64,000 nucleotides of DNA from Bdellovibrionales bacterium (GTDB lineage: Bacteria > Bdellovibrionota > Bdellovibrionia > Bdellovibrionales > Bdellovibrionaceae): assembly GCA_031370005.1 (NCBI GenBank), contig JANMPT010000024.1, forward strand, positions 128,001 to 192,000, written 5' to 3'. The first letter of the stretch is position 1, and each line of letters starts with the position of its first letter. Both the position numbers and the translations under genes were made by a program. The notes beneath the pieces are model-generated. The model was not told where the DNA came from. It saw only the letters and a program-made list of their open reading frames with translations, and made no database searches. Shown here piece after piece: positions 40,284 to 50,249 of the stretch.

Positions 40284-41750
40284 TTGAAATCCTGGATGTC
40301 CATTCTTATTCTCATTTTTATTTTTGCGATTTCGTCCATAGGTTATGCATTTGATTTTTTCAACTTATTTTCTAGTGACCCTTTTAAAGAAGAGGGTGCT
40401 GCTGTTGAGTCGACGACTCCTGATGAAGACAAAGTAAGTACACTTGACGAGGACACCCCTGCAGTACAGACGGACGTTGCTGGCGGAAAAACATTGACGG
40501 GGCACCGCCCCTTTAGACCGCCTGACTATTCTGGCCAGGACAAAGCTTTGGGCTATAGTCCGGAGGTTTTTTCTATCCCGAAAGGTCTGGAGCGTCAGGT
40601 AAATTTTTGGATCGATATCTATTCTAAATTTACAACTGATCAGGGACTTATTCATGATACTGAAAATCTTGATGTTATTTATGCGCAAATCGACTTTAAA
40701 GACATTGTAAATGATGGTTCCTTGAGTGGTCGTCAAAAAGAGAAGCGCAAACAAAAACTTGTGGATGATAAGAAAAAGGAAATTATCGAGATGCTTCACA
40801 AGCTCGATAAATTAGAATCTCCAGAAGGTCTCACTGATGCTGAAAAGAAAATATGGGACATGTTTCAAAGCAATAGTGAGCCCCATAAGTTCAAAGAAGC
40901 AGCTCATAAATCCCGTATTCGCTTTCAATTGGGGCAAAAGGATCGTATGCAGTCCGCAATCTTTTTTTCGGGTCGCTACTTAGAGGAGATGGAAAAAATC
41001 TTTCGCGAAGTTGGTTTACCCATTGAATTGACTCGATTGGTATTCGTTGAGAGCTCTTTCAATGTTTTAGCACGCTCTAAGGTAGGGGCGAGCGGTTTAT
41101 GGCAAATCATGCGATACACGGCCCGTCCTTATCACATGATTAATGGAGCCGTTGATCAGCGCAATCATCCAATGGCCGCGACCAAATTAGCATCGCGATT
41201 GATGAAGAGTAATTTCAGTTTGTTGAAGTCATGGCCCTTGGCGATGACCGGTTATAATCACGGACCAACTGGCGTTAGAAAATTGACCGAGAGGTATAAA
41301 ACTAGAGAGCTCGTGGAATTGGTTCAAAATGTGAAATCAAGAAGAAGCTTTGGTTTTGCCTCTAGAAATTTCTATGCTTGTTTTTTGGCGGTGTTGGAAG
41401 TTGAAAAAAATGCTCTTAAGTATTTCCCAAAAATTGCGTGGTCACAGCCTTTGGATGCCGAGGAAATTAAGCTCCCAGTTTCTGTAAAGTACAAAGATCT
41501 TCTAACGTGGTTTGATGGCAACTACGAAAAAGCAGAGGTTTTTAATCCGCACTTCTCTCGACAAGTGCGCAGAGGTTCTCTTGTGATTCCAGCAAAGACA
41601 ATGATTTCAATTCCTAAGGATCGCTACAATCAAGCTCTGATCAGTTTAGCGAGAGGTGAGTTTAGATATGCAGCCAATATGGGGCCAGAGATCAAAGCAG
41701 CAGAGGGGAACAAGGGACCCGAGATTAGGTCCGCAGTTCCTGGTAAATAA
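40284..41750 (+). CDS. Lytic transglycosylase (SLT, MltD-like)
   Basis: FVESSFN (catalytic Glu), GASGLWQIM, GYNHG. Confidence 0.9.
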   Translation: MKSWMSILILIFIFAISSIGYAFDFFNLFSSDPFKEEGAAVESTTPDEDKVSTLDEDTPAVQTDVAGGKTLTGHRPFRPPDYSGQDKALGYSPEVFSIPKGLERQVNFWIDIYSKFTTDQGLIHDTENLDVIYAQIDFKDIVNDGSLSGRQKEKRKQKLVDDKKKEIIEMLHKLDKLESPEGLTDAEKKIWDMFQSNSEPHKFKEAAHKSRIRFQLGQKDRMQSAIFFSGRYLEEMEKIFREVGLPIELTRLVFVESSFNVLARSKVGASGLWQIMRYTARPYHMINGAVDQRNHPMAATKLASRLMKSNFSLLKSWPLAMTGYNHGPTGVRKLTERYKTRELVELVQNVKSRRSFGFASRNFYACFLAVLEVEKNALKYFPKIAWSQPLDAEEIKLPVSVKYKDLLTWFDGNYEKAEVFNPHFSRQVRRGSLVIPAKTMISIPKDRYNQALISLARGEFRYAANMGPEIKAAEGNKGPEIRSAVPGK

Positions 41751-41771
41751 AATTCCTTCTGGCGCGCTTCT

Positions 41772-43007
41772 TTAGTGAATTGGGTTGATATTTGGATCGA
41801 GAACACGATATGGATTGTCCGCATATTCGAGGAGATACAAGACAGGTTCTAGATTTTTCTGCTCGACGGTGGGAATCACCCCCGCCCCTGGATAGAACCC
41901 AGCACCACCATCCCAACCGTTGTTGGTGGGGTCTAACTCAAAAGTGAATGAAATGATTTTATGTTCGCCATAGGCCCAGTCCGTCGTGTCACCACTGGCC
42001 TGATATAAAGCAGATGATTGCTGTGGGGTATATTTATTCCACTCTGCCATTTTTTCGGCCATGGTTTGATGAACTTGCTGATCTCGAACCGTGTCGATAC
42101 CAGAGTATTTATGCCCCCAGGGGTAAAGAATCAGCTCAGAGAAAGTATGGAAGCTCAAGAGGATCGTAATATTTTGGTGAGCTTCCACATAGGCTTTAAT
42201 AGCAAGTGTTTCAGGTTCACTGAAAGGCTTCGGTCCCTTATAGGTCTCGCTACTAGTATTGCTGCTGGAGCCGCCTGTGCCCCATTGAAATCCATAGTTG
42301 CGATTTAAATCAACACCATACGTCCCATCACCATTATGCGAACGATTTTTACGCCACATCTGGTAACTGCCTCTTGCGACATCGTACTCAAGGCCATCCG
42401 GATTGACTGCAGGGATGATGTGGATATCGCGCCCGTTGAGAAGATTTACGATGCGAGGATTGCCCTTGGTGTACTCACTGAGGAAGTATTCGGCGTAATA
42501 GAGGGGTAACTCCACTGATAGATGTTCACGGGCATGATGGCCGCCCATGTAAATGACCGCGGGCAATCTGTCTGCTTGTGCAAGATTTCCTGAAATACGC
42601 AAAGCCCACAGATCTCGTCCCTCAGAAGACTTTCCTGCAGACGTGACTCTGAGGATATTTGGATAGGTTTTTTCAAGATCCTGAATTTTTTGGGTGAGTT
42701 CGGCATAGTTGTGGTAATCCGCGTCCTTCGCTGGGAAGTCCATGGCAGCAGTCAGTGGGAAGCTCGTTTCAAGCCAACCGAGCTTTTCGATGGCTTCTTT
42801 TTCTTCGAAAGTCCCAGTGGCGGCCACGAAATCTTCCCGGGTAGTCTCAATAGAAACGCCCGTGTTTGCAATCACGCTGCGCTCGAATTTATCATGGGCA
42901 CGGATTTTCATCCAATACAGATTGTTGTCAAGAGTGCGGGCTTGTTGAGTAAAAACGAGAGCTGAAATAGCAATTCCGATTGCTGATAAATACTTGAGAG
43001 CCTTCAT
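41772..43007 (-). CDS. Secreted M14 zinc carboxypeptidase (carboxypeptidase T-like)
   Basis: HHAREH, NPDG, WRKNR, GVDLNRN, SFHTFSE, FEL. Confidence 0.93.
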   Translation of the reverse strand: MKALKYLSAIGIAISALVFTQQARTLDNNLYWMKIRAHDKFERSVIANTGVSIETTREDFVAATGTFEEKEAIEKLGWLETSFPLTAAMDFPAKDADYHNYAELTQKIQDLEKTYPNILRVTSAGKSSEGRDLWALRISGNLAQADRLPAVIYMGGHHAREHLSVELPLYYAEYFLSEYTKGNPRIVNLLNGRDIHIIPAVNPDGLEYDVARGSYQMWRKNRSHNGDGTYGVDLNRNYGFQWGTGGSSSNTSSETYKGPKPFSEPETLAIKAYVEAHQNITILLSFHTFSELILYPWGHKYSGIDTVRDQQVHQTMAEKMAEWNKYTPQQSSALYQASGDTTDWAYGEHKIISFTFELDPTNNGWDGGAGFYPGAGVIPTVEQKNLEPVLYLLEYADNPYRVLDPNINPIH

Positions 43008-43079
43008 GGTTCCCCTCCTTATGCTCGCCCAAGGCTAGCATAATTTAAAATAAGAGAACAACAGGACGAAGGTCTAGGT

Positions 43080-43394
43080 TTATTGAGAGCGATTTCCAGT
43101 GAGCATTTTTGTCATCGTCTCTTGACGATTCAAGAAGGAGACGCCAACACCGAGGCTTTTGCCCCAGACAACTTCAGCATTCACACTATGCGTGCGGCCT
43201 AGGGACTCAAGCGGAATAGTGACCCGAATAAGATCACCCCTCTGTGGAATGTAATCACCTTGGATAATTTCCAAGAAAGCGCCAGTGACAGACAGATTTT
43301 TCATCTCAGCAATTAAGGTTCCCATTCGTCCAAAAATCTCCAGGTAAGCTCTTTCTTGGGTCAAATGTCGGTCTGTCGTAGCATCGTTTAACAT
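43080..43394 (-). CDS. PilZ-domain protein
   Basis: NLSVTGA (D/NxSxxG), AEVVW, GVSF; RxxxR motif degenerate. Confidence 0.85.
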   Translation of the reverse strand: MLNDATTDRHLTQERAYLEIFGRMGTLIAEMKNLSVTGAFLEIIQGDYIPQRGDLIRVTIPLESLGRTHSVNAEVVWGKSLGVGVSFLNRQETMTKMLTGNRSQ

Positions 43395-43420
43395 ATGATT
43401 TTTTCCTTCTTGATACCTCA

Positions 43421-43448
43421 GTATCGGTCAGAAATAGTGAGTTTCTTA
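43421..43448 (-). promoter_or_regulatory. Putative sigma28 promoter of the PilZ gene
   Basis: Minus strand TAAG-N16-ACCGATAC. Confidence 0.5.
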
Positions 43449-43559
43449 GACAATTCTGGGTGTCCAGTTCACATTCTCATATTGAGACTGTGTCAGAAAA
43501 GGATCTTTTTGAAAGTGTCAAACTTGTTAGTAAGCCTGGCGCTATCCGATTTTTTCGAA

Positions 43560-44054
43560 CTATTTTTTTATGTAAGTTAAAAATGAAAAAGGTACTGGCA
43601 TAGACCGATCGGATTTACTCGTGAGCGCAAATTTGCCGAGGGGAATTTCTGGATAGTAAGTGTCGCCCTCAAAGTCCTGATAAATTACCGTTAAATAGAT
43701 TTTATCAGTGAGATGCATGGATTGTTTGTAGATCTCACCGCCACCAACGATGAAAACCTCATCGCCCCACTGTGGAGTTAAAAGTTGTGCGGCATCGAGG
43801 GCCTTCTCGAGAGTTTTTACATACTGTACGAGAGGATTTGTGGATTGCCGGTCTTGACGAGTGATCACAATATGGTATCTCTGTGGCAGTGGTTTTGCGC
43901 CAAGGGAGTCAAAAGTTTTGCGACCCATGATCATAATATGGCCCTTGGTAGTCTCCCGGAAGAATTTTAGATCTTCAGGGATATTCCAAGGCAGCTTGTT
44001 TTGGCTTCCGATAACACGATTCTGGGACATGGCAGTGACATGAGTTAAAGTCAT
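43560..44054 (-). CDS. folA: Dihydrofolate reductase
   Basis: [40 protein letters not shown] overlap with thyA. Confidence 0.96.
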   Translation of the reverse strand: MTLTHVTAMSQNRVIGSQNKLPWNIPEDLKFFRETTKGHIMIMGRKTFDSLGAKPLPQRYHIVITRQDRQSTNPLVQYVKTLEKALDAAQLLTPQWGDEVFIVGGGEIYKQSMHLTDKIYLTVIYQDFEGDTYYPEIPLGKFALTSKSDRSMPVPFSFLTYIKK

Positions 44055-44845
44055 ACTGCCACTTCGCCTTTGATTGCAGGGTGTGGATCATAACCAATGA
44101 TTTGAATGTCTTCGAACTTAAAATCAAAAAGATCCTTTACTTCAGGATTCAAAATTATTTTCGGTAAAGGACGGCATTTACGCTGTAACTGGGTTTCAAC
44201 TTGTTCAAGATGATTTGAATAAATGTGGGCATCACCTAAAGTATGAATGAATTCACCGACTTTCAAATTACACACCTGAGCAATCATATGCACAAGAAGG
44301 GCATAGCTTGCTATGTTAAATGGGACGCCAAGAAAAATATCAGCACTTCGTTGATAAAGCTGACAAGAAAGCTTTCCATTGGCCACATAGAATTGGAAAA
44401 AAGCATGGCAGGGAGGCAATGCCATTTTATCTACATCGGCGGGGTTAAATGCAATTACCAAAAGTCGGCGTGAATTCGGATTTTTTTTAATTTGCTCAAC
44501 GACACTGACTATTTGATCAATCTTGCGTCCATCTGGAGTCTCCCATGAGCGCCACTGTTTGCCGTAGACGGGCCCTAGGTTGCCATCTTCATCAGCCCAT
44601 TCGTCCCAGATAGTAACTTTATTGTCGTGCAGATACTGAATGTTGGTGTCACCTTTTAAAAACCATAAAAGTTCGTGAAAGATTGCTCGAGTGAAAAGTT
44701 TTTTCGTGGTTAAGAGTGGGAATCCATCCTCGAGATTGAAACGCATTTGATAACCAAACACACTGAGCGTGCCTGTTCCTGTGCGATCTTCCTTTTGCAC
44801 ACCGTGGGCAAGAACATGTTTTAATAGTTCGTGATATTGGTGCAT
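44051..44845 (-). CDS. thyA: Thymidylate synthase
   Basis: [34 protein letters not shown]. Confidence 0.99.
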   Translation of the reverse strand: MHQYHELLKHVLAHGVQKEDRTGTGTLSVFGYQMRFNLEDGFPLLTTKKLFTRAIFHELLWFLKGDTNIQYLHDNKVTIWDEWADEDGNLGPVYGKQWRSWETPDGRKIDQIVSVVEQIKKNPNSRRLLVIAFNPADVDKMALPPCHAFFQFYVANGKLSCQLYQRSADIFLGVPFNIASYALLVHMIAQVCNLKVGEFIHTLGDAHIYSNHLEQVETQLQRKCRPLPKIILNPEVKDLFDFKFEDIQIIGYDPHPAIKGEVAV

Positions 44846-45002
44846 TTCAACCTCCGAAAGCTTACCGGCTTCTATTCTATGAGTGCTGGCATTTTTGTCT
44901 CTATTTTGCGCACCGAGTAGAGCAAAAATACTCGGAAAGCGGTATTTTTAGGTCGTATTCTGTGTTTCGTTGGAGAAGCTTATAATAAGGCCTGGAGGCC
45001 CA

Positions 45003-45713
45003 ATGCTGATCTTAAGAAAAGCAAATGACCGTGGTCATTTTAAAAACGAATGGTTGGATTCCTACCATTCGTTTTCTTTTGGAGAATATTATGATCCGAA
45101 ACACATGCAATATGGTGATCTTCGTGTGATCAACCATGATGTGATTGCGGGGGGATCGGGCTTTCCGACACATGGCCATAAAGACATGGAAATCATCACC
45201 TACGTGGTTAGTGGTGTTCTTGAGCACAAGGATAGCATGGGGAATAAGGAGCAAATTAGACCTGGCGAAATTCAAATGATGACTGCGGGGACCGGGGTCA
45301 GCCATAGTGAGTATAATCCAGATCCAAAAACACCAGCAGAGATTATTCAGATTTGGATCCTGCCAGCTCAGCGGGGACTTGTCCCATCGTATAAGCAGAA
45401 ATTGTTTTCCAAAAAAGATAAGCACAATGATTTGCAACTCATTGTTTCTCCGGATGGCGTGAAGGATTCGCTGAAAATCAATCAAGAGGCACATTTGTAC
45501 GCTGGGATCTTTGATAAGGACTTTCATCAACTCTATAAACTCAAAGAGGGCCGAGGGATCTGGATTCAGGTCGTTTGGGGATCTCTTATCGTGAATAAGG
45601 AAGTTGTCGATACCGGAGATGGCGTTGCCATTGAAAATGAGAGTGAGATCCATATTGATGGCGGCCCGCAAGGCGCGGAGTTTTTGTTATTTGAGGTACG
45701 GCCTTCTTTTTAG
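45003..45713 (+). CDS. Pirin-family protein (YhhW-like)
   Basis: HSFSFGEYYDP, GFPTHGHKDMEI, MTAGTGVSHSE, QIWI; ATG at 45003 with GGAGG. Confidence 0.95.
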   Translation: MLILRKANDRGHFKNEWLDSYHSFSFGEYYDPKHMQYGDLRVINHDVIAGGSGFPTHGHKDMEIITYVVSGVLEHKDSMGNKEQIRPGEIQMMTAGTGVSHSEYNPDPKTPAEIIQIWILPAQRGLVPSYKQKLFSKKDKHNDLQLIVSPDGVKDSLKINQEAHLYAGIFDKDFHQLYKLKEGRGIWIQVVWGSLIVNKEVVDTGDGVAIENESEIHIDGGPQGAEFLLFEVRPSF

Positions 45714-45748
45714 TATTGCATTGCAATACTAAAAAGAAGGCCGTACCT
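45694..45748. repeat. Perfect 55-bp palindrome (27-bp arms, 1-nt spacer)
   Basis: AGGTACGGCCTTCTTTTTAGTATTGCA-T-TGCAATACTAAAAAGAAGGCCGTACCT. Confidence 0.97.
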
Positions 45749-45749
45749 T
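45721..45749 (+). promoter_or_regulatory. Putative sigma70 promoter formed by the right arm of the palindrome
   Basis: TTGCAA-N17-TACCTT, 5 nt before ATG 45755. Confidence 0.65.
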
Positions 45750-45754
45750 TTATC

Positions 45755-46528
45755 ATGATTTTTGAATGGTTTGAGTATGTCAAAACCCATGGCAGTAAAG
45801 TGGCGAAGGACTGGGGATATGTTTACCAAAATGTTTCCTTGAAGTTTCGTTCGCGCCGTTGCTCTAAGGCCTGGCAAGGCCACGTGGATCAATGCCATCA
45901 ATTGATTTGCGAGCATCTCGAGAAGACTCAGCCAAATACAGTTATGATCATTGGAAGTGGTTTGTTGCTCGAGATTCCGATTCAGGATCTGCTAGAGAAA
46001 ACAGAGAAAATTTATTTAGTCGATCTGGTTCATGCTGGCGAAATTCGAAAGTTCGCGGCAAAAAACCCGAAAATTGAGCTAATCGAAAGAGATATTTCGA
46101 GTCTGCTTGGGATTCTTAAAAAAGGCGCGGGTTCATTCCAGATAAATAGTATTCCGTGGAAACAGCTGCCAAACTGGCAGCTACCCAAAGTGGATTGGGT
46201 GATTTCGGCAAATTTAATGTCGCAAATTCCCTTGATGATTTCCGAACGCTTACCAATGAGTTCCGAGGTTTATGTGAGATTCGCAAAATCCGTGCGCGAT
46301 CAACATATTCAAAGACTCTTTGAGCAAGCACCTAAAATACTTCTCTTTGCTGATTTTGAAACTCGATATATCGACCATGAGGATCAAAGAATTAAAACTG
46401 AGACCTATCAAGTGGATCTAGGATCCTTAAGTTTTGATAGAGAATGGCTTTGGGAAATATCACCTTTCGGCGAGACCTCCAGCGACTATAAAATCGAGAT
46501 GTTGGTAAAAGCCTATTGGAAATTCTGA
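45755..46528 (+). CDS. Hypothetical protein with SAM-methyltransferase-like Rossmann motifs
   Basis: MIIGSG, YLVDLVH, VDWVISANLMSQ; ATG at 45755. Confidence 0.65.
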   Translation: MIFEWFEYVKTHGSKVAKDWGYVYQNVSLKFRSRRCSKAWQGHVDQCHQLICEHLEKTQPNTVMIIGSGLLLEIPIQDLLEKTEKIYLVDLVHAGEIRKFAAKNPKIELIERDISSLLGILKKGAGSFQINSIPWKQLPNWQLPKVDWVISANLMSQIPLMISERLPMSSEVYVRFAKSVRDQHIQRLFEQAPKILLFADFETRYIDHEDQRIKTETYQVDLGSLSFDREWLWEISPFGETSSDYKIEMLVKAYWKF

Positions 46529-47040
46529 ACTTGTCCGATGAATGGGAGGTTGCGATAATGACCTTCGTAATCCAGCCCATATCCAACTACAAACTCATTG
46601 GTTATTTGGAATCCAACATAATCGAGCTTGCATTGAACTTTCAAAGCCTCTGGTTTTTCAAGAAGAGCCACCGTTGTCAAAGAAGCAGGTTTTCTTGCGA
46701 GGATTGAATTTTTCAAGTAGTTCATAGTGATGCCAGTGTCCACGATATCCTCAACCAACAAGACGTGTTTACCCTCAACCGGACTGGCAAGATCCAAAGT
46801 GACTTTCACTTCCCCAGAAGATGTTGAACCGTGATAACTAGAAACTCCGAAGAACTCACAGTTGATATCTGTATCGATTTCACGAATCAAATCCGAGTAA
46901 AAAATAAAAGAACCTTTGAGCACACAAACTGCAACGATTTGCTGATTTTTATATTTTTTGGTGATGGCAGCGCCGATTTCAGCGACCTTCTTTTGAAGTT
47001 GTACTTCTGTGATGTAAGGTTTGATTTGAAGCTGAGTCAT
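46513..47040 (-). CDS. hpt: Hypoxanthine phosphoribosyltransferase
   Basis: VLKGSFIF, VLLVEDIVDTG, FVVGYGLDY, YRNLP. Confidence 0.96.
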   Translation of the reverse strand: MTQLQIKPYITEVQLQKKVAEIGAAITKKYKNQQIVAVCVLKGSFIFYSDLIREIDTDINCEFFGVSSYHGSTSSGEVKVTLDLASPVEGKHVLLVEDIVDTGITMNYLKNSILARKPASLTTVALLEKPEALKVQCKLDYVGFQITNEFVVGYGLDYEGHYRNLPFIGQVQNFQ

Positions 47041-47057
47041 TTTTTTCCCTTTATTTA

Positions 47058-47840
47058 TTAAACGAAGGAGTTGTTCATTATTTCGCCAAAGCCGCCGCCG
47101 CCGGGGACAATATAGTCTTGATTATTAAGACCTTTTTCTTGATCCCAATAAAGCCCCGGTGAAGACCTTAAAGCTGCCTCATCAGAAAGGCCCCGGTCAA
47201 GTCTCAAGGCATAGATTACGACCTCGGGATGTGTGCTTAAAACTCTCTTCAAGTATTCGGGCGTCACAATGAGGTGAAGCGCAATATACTTCTTCGCGGG
47301 TCCGACAACGTTTTTTTTGTAGTAATCAATGGCAGAGACAATTGTATTGCCGGTGGCTCCCATGGGGTCGGGGATAAGGACATAAGCTCCGTTCACATCG
47401 CCGCCGATTTTGAGTCCCCCCAATTGAGCGCCCATAACATGGTTCTGGGCGTCAGTCATACGGGCCGCAAAGATATGGTCTTGACGTATGTTGTGCGCGG
47501 GAAGCGCAAAATGCAAAAAATTATAGCAGATATGGCTTGGGTAAGTTCCAGCTCTGGCTAAATTTACACAAACTGCCCTTTGTGATTTCGCGATGCAGGT
47601 GCCCTGTAAGTTAATATTAGGATGATACTCCGTCATACGCGTTGGCGATTTGAAAGACTCAATTTCGAACTCTTGATTTACAACGGTTGAAATCATATGA
47701 ATGTAAATCAATTCGACCAGACGATTGATTTCGGGTTGAAAAGTTTCTGGAGAACAAAGTTTTGCGAGCAGGCCGCTTAAAAAGGGATTGTCGATCAGGT
47801 GGACTTGAGCGCCGTAGTGGTGTTGAATCTCTTGTTGCAT
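47058..47840 (-). CDS. upp: Uracil phosphoribosyltransferase (divergent)
   Basis: LARAG, IPDPMGATGNT, LNNQDYIVPGGGGFG. Confidence 0.85.
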   Translation of the reverse strand: MQQEIQHHYGAQVHLIDNPFLSGLLAKLCSPETFQPEINRLVELIYIHMISTVVNQEFEIESFKSPTRMTEYHPNINLQGTCIAKSQRAVCVNLARAGTYPSHICYNFLHFALPAHNIRQDHIFAARMTDAQNHVMGAQLGGLKIGGDVNGAYVLIPDPMGATGNTIVSAIDYYKKNVVGPAKKYIALHLIVTPEYLKRVLSTHPEVVIYALRLDRGLSDEAALRSSPGLYWDQEKGLNNQDYIVPGGGGFGEIMNNSFV

Positions 47841-47852
47841 GCTGGTAATATC

Positions 47853-48854
47853 TTAAGGTTTCTTCTCAAATTCAATGAAAATGACGAATTCAGTCTCTTT
47901 GTTTTGGAATCTTTGCGACTTTAAAATCTCAAAAGGAGCTTTGGATATAAGTTCTTGTTCATGGATTAGATGCGTCTTGCGTGGCAGAATGCCCGAGACG
48001 AAGAACCCATAACCAGGTCCCAGCTCAAAAATAGCCGGATAAGAGCTCTTATGTGGGCTCCCCCCCGTTTTAGTTGGATCTATTGCAGCGAGGCCGCGGG
48101 TTTTATCCATGTCAAGTTCACGCAAATTACGAACGATTTCAAGATTGCCGCGGAAGGTATTATTTTCAGAGTCAGTCAGTTCAATAAAGGTGCTGAGTCC
48201 CAGATCTTCATCAGACTCAGGGTCATGAGTCCCGACGAACCACTGTTGATTTTTGGCGATGGCCTTTGCATTTTTTGCAAGTATATGGATTTTAAGCCCT
48301 GGCGCGGTAATGCGCTTGCGCATATCCGGAAGAATGCCTGCTGTATAATCGCCAAATGAATTAAATTGCCCCGTTGCCTGGCTCTCTTCATAGAGTTTTT
48401 CAAGGCTGCGGCGAGGGACTTCTGCATAGTATATATAAGCTGTTGGGACTGAAGTCGTTGCTAGGGCTCTTGTTGTTACAGCAGCCGTGGGGGGTATAGC
48501 AGCAGCGGCCGCTATGGGTGCGGGCGAAGCAATATTCCGGCTAGAGTCTGGTAATTGAGTCGAAGTTTCTTCGGGGCTTTTTTTGCTTTCTTGGCCATCG
48601 GTGCTGGCAATCTGCAATGTGCCTTTAAAGAGCTTCACCCTCCGAGCGAGGTTATATTTGTCCTGCTTGTAGAGCGTGCCAATTGAGATACCAATAGCAA
48701 TTAAAGCTATCGCTAAATATAGCAGAGGATCGGTTGCATAGCGAATAAATGCAGACTTGCGAGGCGGTTTGAAGGTCTCCGTATCGATGCCGCATTGAGC
48801 GCAGTACTTATCTTGGGGTTGTGAAAAGCCACAACGTGGACATTTGACTAGCAT
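47853..48854 (-). CDS. Membrane-anchored hypothetical protein with N-terminal zinc ribbon
   Basis: CPRC...CAQC, one TM helix, Ala/Pro/Thr-rich linker. Confidence 0.75.
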   Translation of the reverse strand: MLVKCPRCGFSQPQDKYCAQCGIDTETFKPPRKSAFIRYATDPLLYLAIALIAIGISIGTLYKQDKYNLARRVKLFKGTLQIASTDGQESKKSPEETSTQLPDSSRNIASPAPIAAAAAIPPTAAVTTRALATTSVPTAYIYYAEVPRRSLEKLYEESQATGQFNSFGDYTAGILPDMRKRITAPGLKIHILAKNAKAIAKNQQWFVGTHDPESDEDLGLSTFIELTDSENNTFRGNLEIVRNLRELDMDKTRGLAAIDPTKTGGSPHKSSYPAIFELGPGYGFFVSGILPRKTHLIHEQELISKAPFEILKSQRFQNKETEFVIFIEFEKKP

Positions 48855-48879
48855 TGATTATAGCTTAAATCATAGGCTC

Positions 48880-48908
48880 TTGACCCACAAACAATTTGTT
48901 CATACCTT
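48880..48908 (+). promoter_or_regulatory. Putative sigma70 promoter of the dcw cluster
   Basis: TTGACC-N17-TACCTT; its -35 abuts the divergent TTGTGG-N17-TAAGCT promoter of the 48854 gene. Confidence 0.6.
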
Positions 48909-48968
48909 GGGAATCATAGAGAAAAATTTCAATTTTAGACACTCTACTAACCGTAAAGAGAGCACCTT

Positions 48969-49928
48969 TTGTCAGACTCTAAGCCCAATTTTCAGAGCAT
49001 ATTTCCAGATTTAGCGAAAGTTGAGTTTGCAAAAGAGCACTATTCGGTGATGGTGCGTGAAATCCTCGAGAATTTCGCAGTTTTCAGAGATAAAAAAGAT
49101 ATTTCTTATTTTGATGGCACCTTCGGGCGTGGAGGGCATTTGCGGGCAATTCTTGCGAACTTTCCGCAAATCAAGGCTGTGGTCATGGATCAAGACGCTG
49201 CTGCCATAAAATTTGGGGCTGAGAACTTCAGGACGGAGGTCGAGTCTGAGCAACTACGTATAATCCATGGAAATTTTTCAGAGTTTCAGGAGCACAATCT
49301 GGGTTCTTTTGATATGATGTTGTTAGATTTAGGGGTGAGCTCTCCGCAGTTTGATATGGCAGAGCGTGGATTTAGTTTTAATAAAGACGGCCCATTGGAT
49401 ATGCGAATGAACCAAACTCAGGGAATCACGGCGGAATATATTTTGAATACGGCTTCTGAGCAGGAACTTAATGACATGTTTAAAGAATATGGAGAGGTCC
49501 ATCGTCCATTCCGTGTTGTGCGTGCCATTGTTCATGATCGCAAAGTGAAGGCATGGCAAAACACCAAAGAACTCGCCGGCCTTATCGAGCGCGTCGATGG
49601 CTGGCGCCACAAGGGTTTTCATCCTGCCACTCAATACTTCATGGCGCTTCGTTTGCGGGTGAATTCGGAGCTGCAATCTTTAGAACATGCTTTGCCTGCG
49701 ATGATGAAGTCCTTGAAGCCAGGTGGGCGTCTAGCTGTAATTAGTTTCCATTCCTTGGAAGATCGAATTGCAAAAAAATTTTTTAAAAACCATACAGACT
49801 TGGGTGAACAAACCCACAAAAGAGTCTTACGACCCACTCAGGAAGAGTGCGATATGAACTCACGTTCGCGCAGTGCGAAGCTTCGAGTTTTTGAGAGGAA
49901 AGTTCAGGATGAGCTCAGAGAGTTTTAG
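48969..49928 (+). CDS. rsmH: 16S rRNA m4C1402 methyltransferase
   Basis: DGTFGRGGH, DLGVSSPQ, PLDMRM, HPAT, ISFHSLEDR, RSRSAKLR. Confidence 0.97.
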   Translation: MSDSKPNFQSIFPDLAKVEFAKEHYSVMVREILENFAVFRDKKDISYFDGTFGRGGHLRAILANFPQIKAVVMDQDAAAIKFGAENFRTEVESEQLRIIHGNFSEFQEHNLGSFDMMLLDLGVSSPQFDMAERGFSFNKDGPLDMRMNQTQGITAEYILNTASEQELNDMFKEYGEVHRPFRVVRAIVHDRKVKAWQNTKELAGLIERVDGWRHKGFHPATQYFMALRLRVNSELQSLEHALPAMMKSLKPGGRLAVISFHSLEDRIAKKFFKNHTDLGEQTHKRVLRPTQEECDMNSRSRSAKLRVFERKVQDELREF

Positions 49929-50247
49929 GCAACTTAAGCCTTTTTTTAGCGTTTTAATTCTTATTTTCACTTTTTTCTCCCTTGTTTTTTTACAAATGGA
50001 GGAGCGTCGCTTGGGTTATAGCGTTTTGAAGCTTAGCCGCGAGTATAAGAAAGTTCTTGAGGACAAGCATATCCGCGAAATTCAGTTGGTGAAAATTACT
50101 CGACCACAACTTATGGAGTCCATGGCTCACTCCAAGTTTACACTTAAAAAAATCCAAGCAGATCAAATTATTCACTTAAGTGGAGCTGCTACGAGCTTCG
50201 TGGAGCTGCCCTCATCAGCTAAGCTCGATTTTAAAAAGGAGTTATAG
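49909..50247 (+). CDS. ftsL: FtsL-like cell division protein
   Basis: Lies between rsmH and ftsI; one TM helix followed by a coiled coil. Confidence 0.7.
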   Translation: MSSESFRQLKPFFSVLILIFTFFSLVFLQMEERRLGYSVLKLSREYKKVLEDKHIREIQLVKITRPQLMESMAHSKFTLKKIQADQIIHLSGAATSFVELPSSAKLDFKKEL

Positions 50248-50249
50248 AT

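Noticed and set aside
41681..41729. GPEI peptide repeated at the SLT C-terminus
   Set aside because: Only two short, diverged copies in a disordered tail
43560..44845. thyA-folA as a mobile trimethoprim-resistance or phage cassette
   Set aside because: Ordinary chromosomal thyA-folA pair with no integron, IS or phage genes nearby
44913..44935. CCGAGTA-N9-TACTCGG inverted repeat between thyA and pirin
   Set aside because: 7-bp arms in a single copy; could be an operator but is not distinguishable from chance
45012..45671. 219-aa antisense ORF inside pirin
   Set aside because: Shadow frame of a well-conserved gene with no recognisable motifs, although the palindrome could drive antisense RNA here
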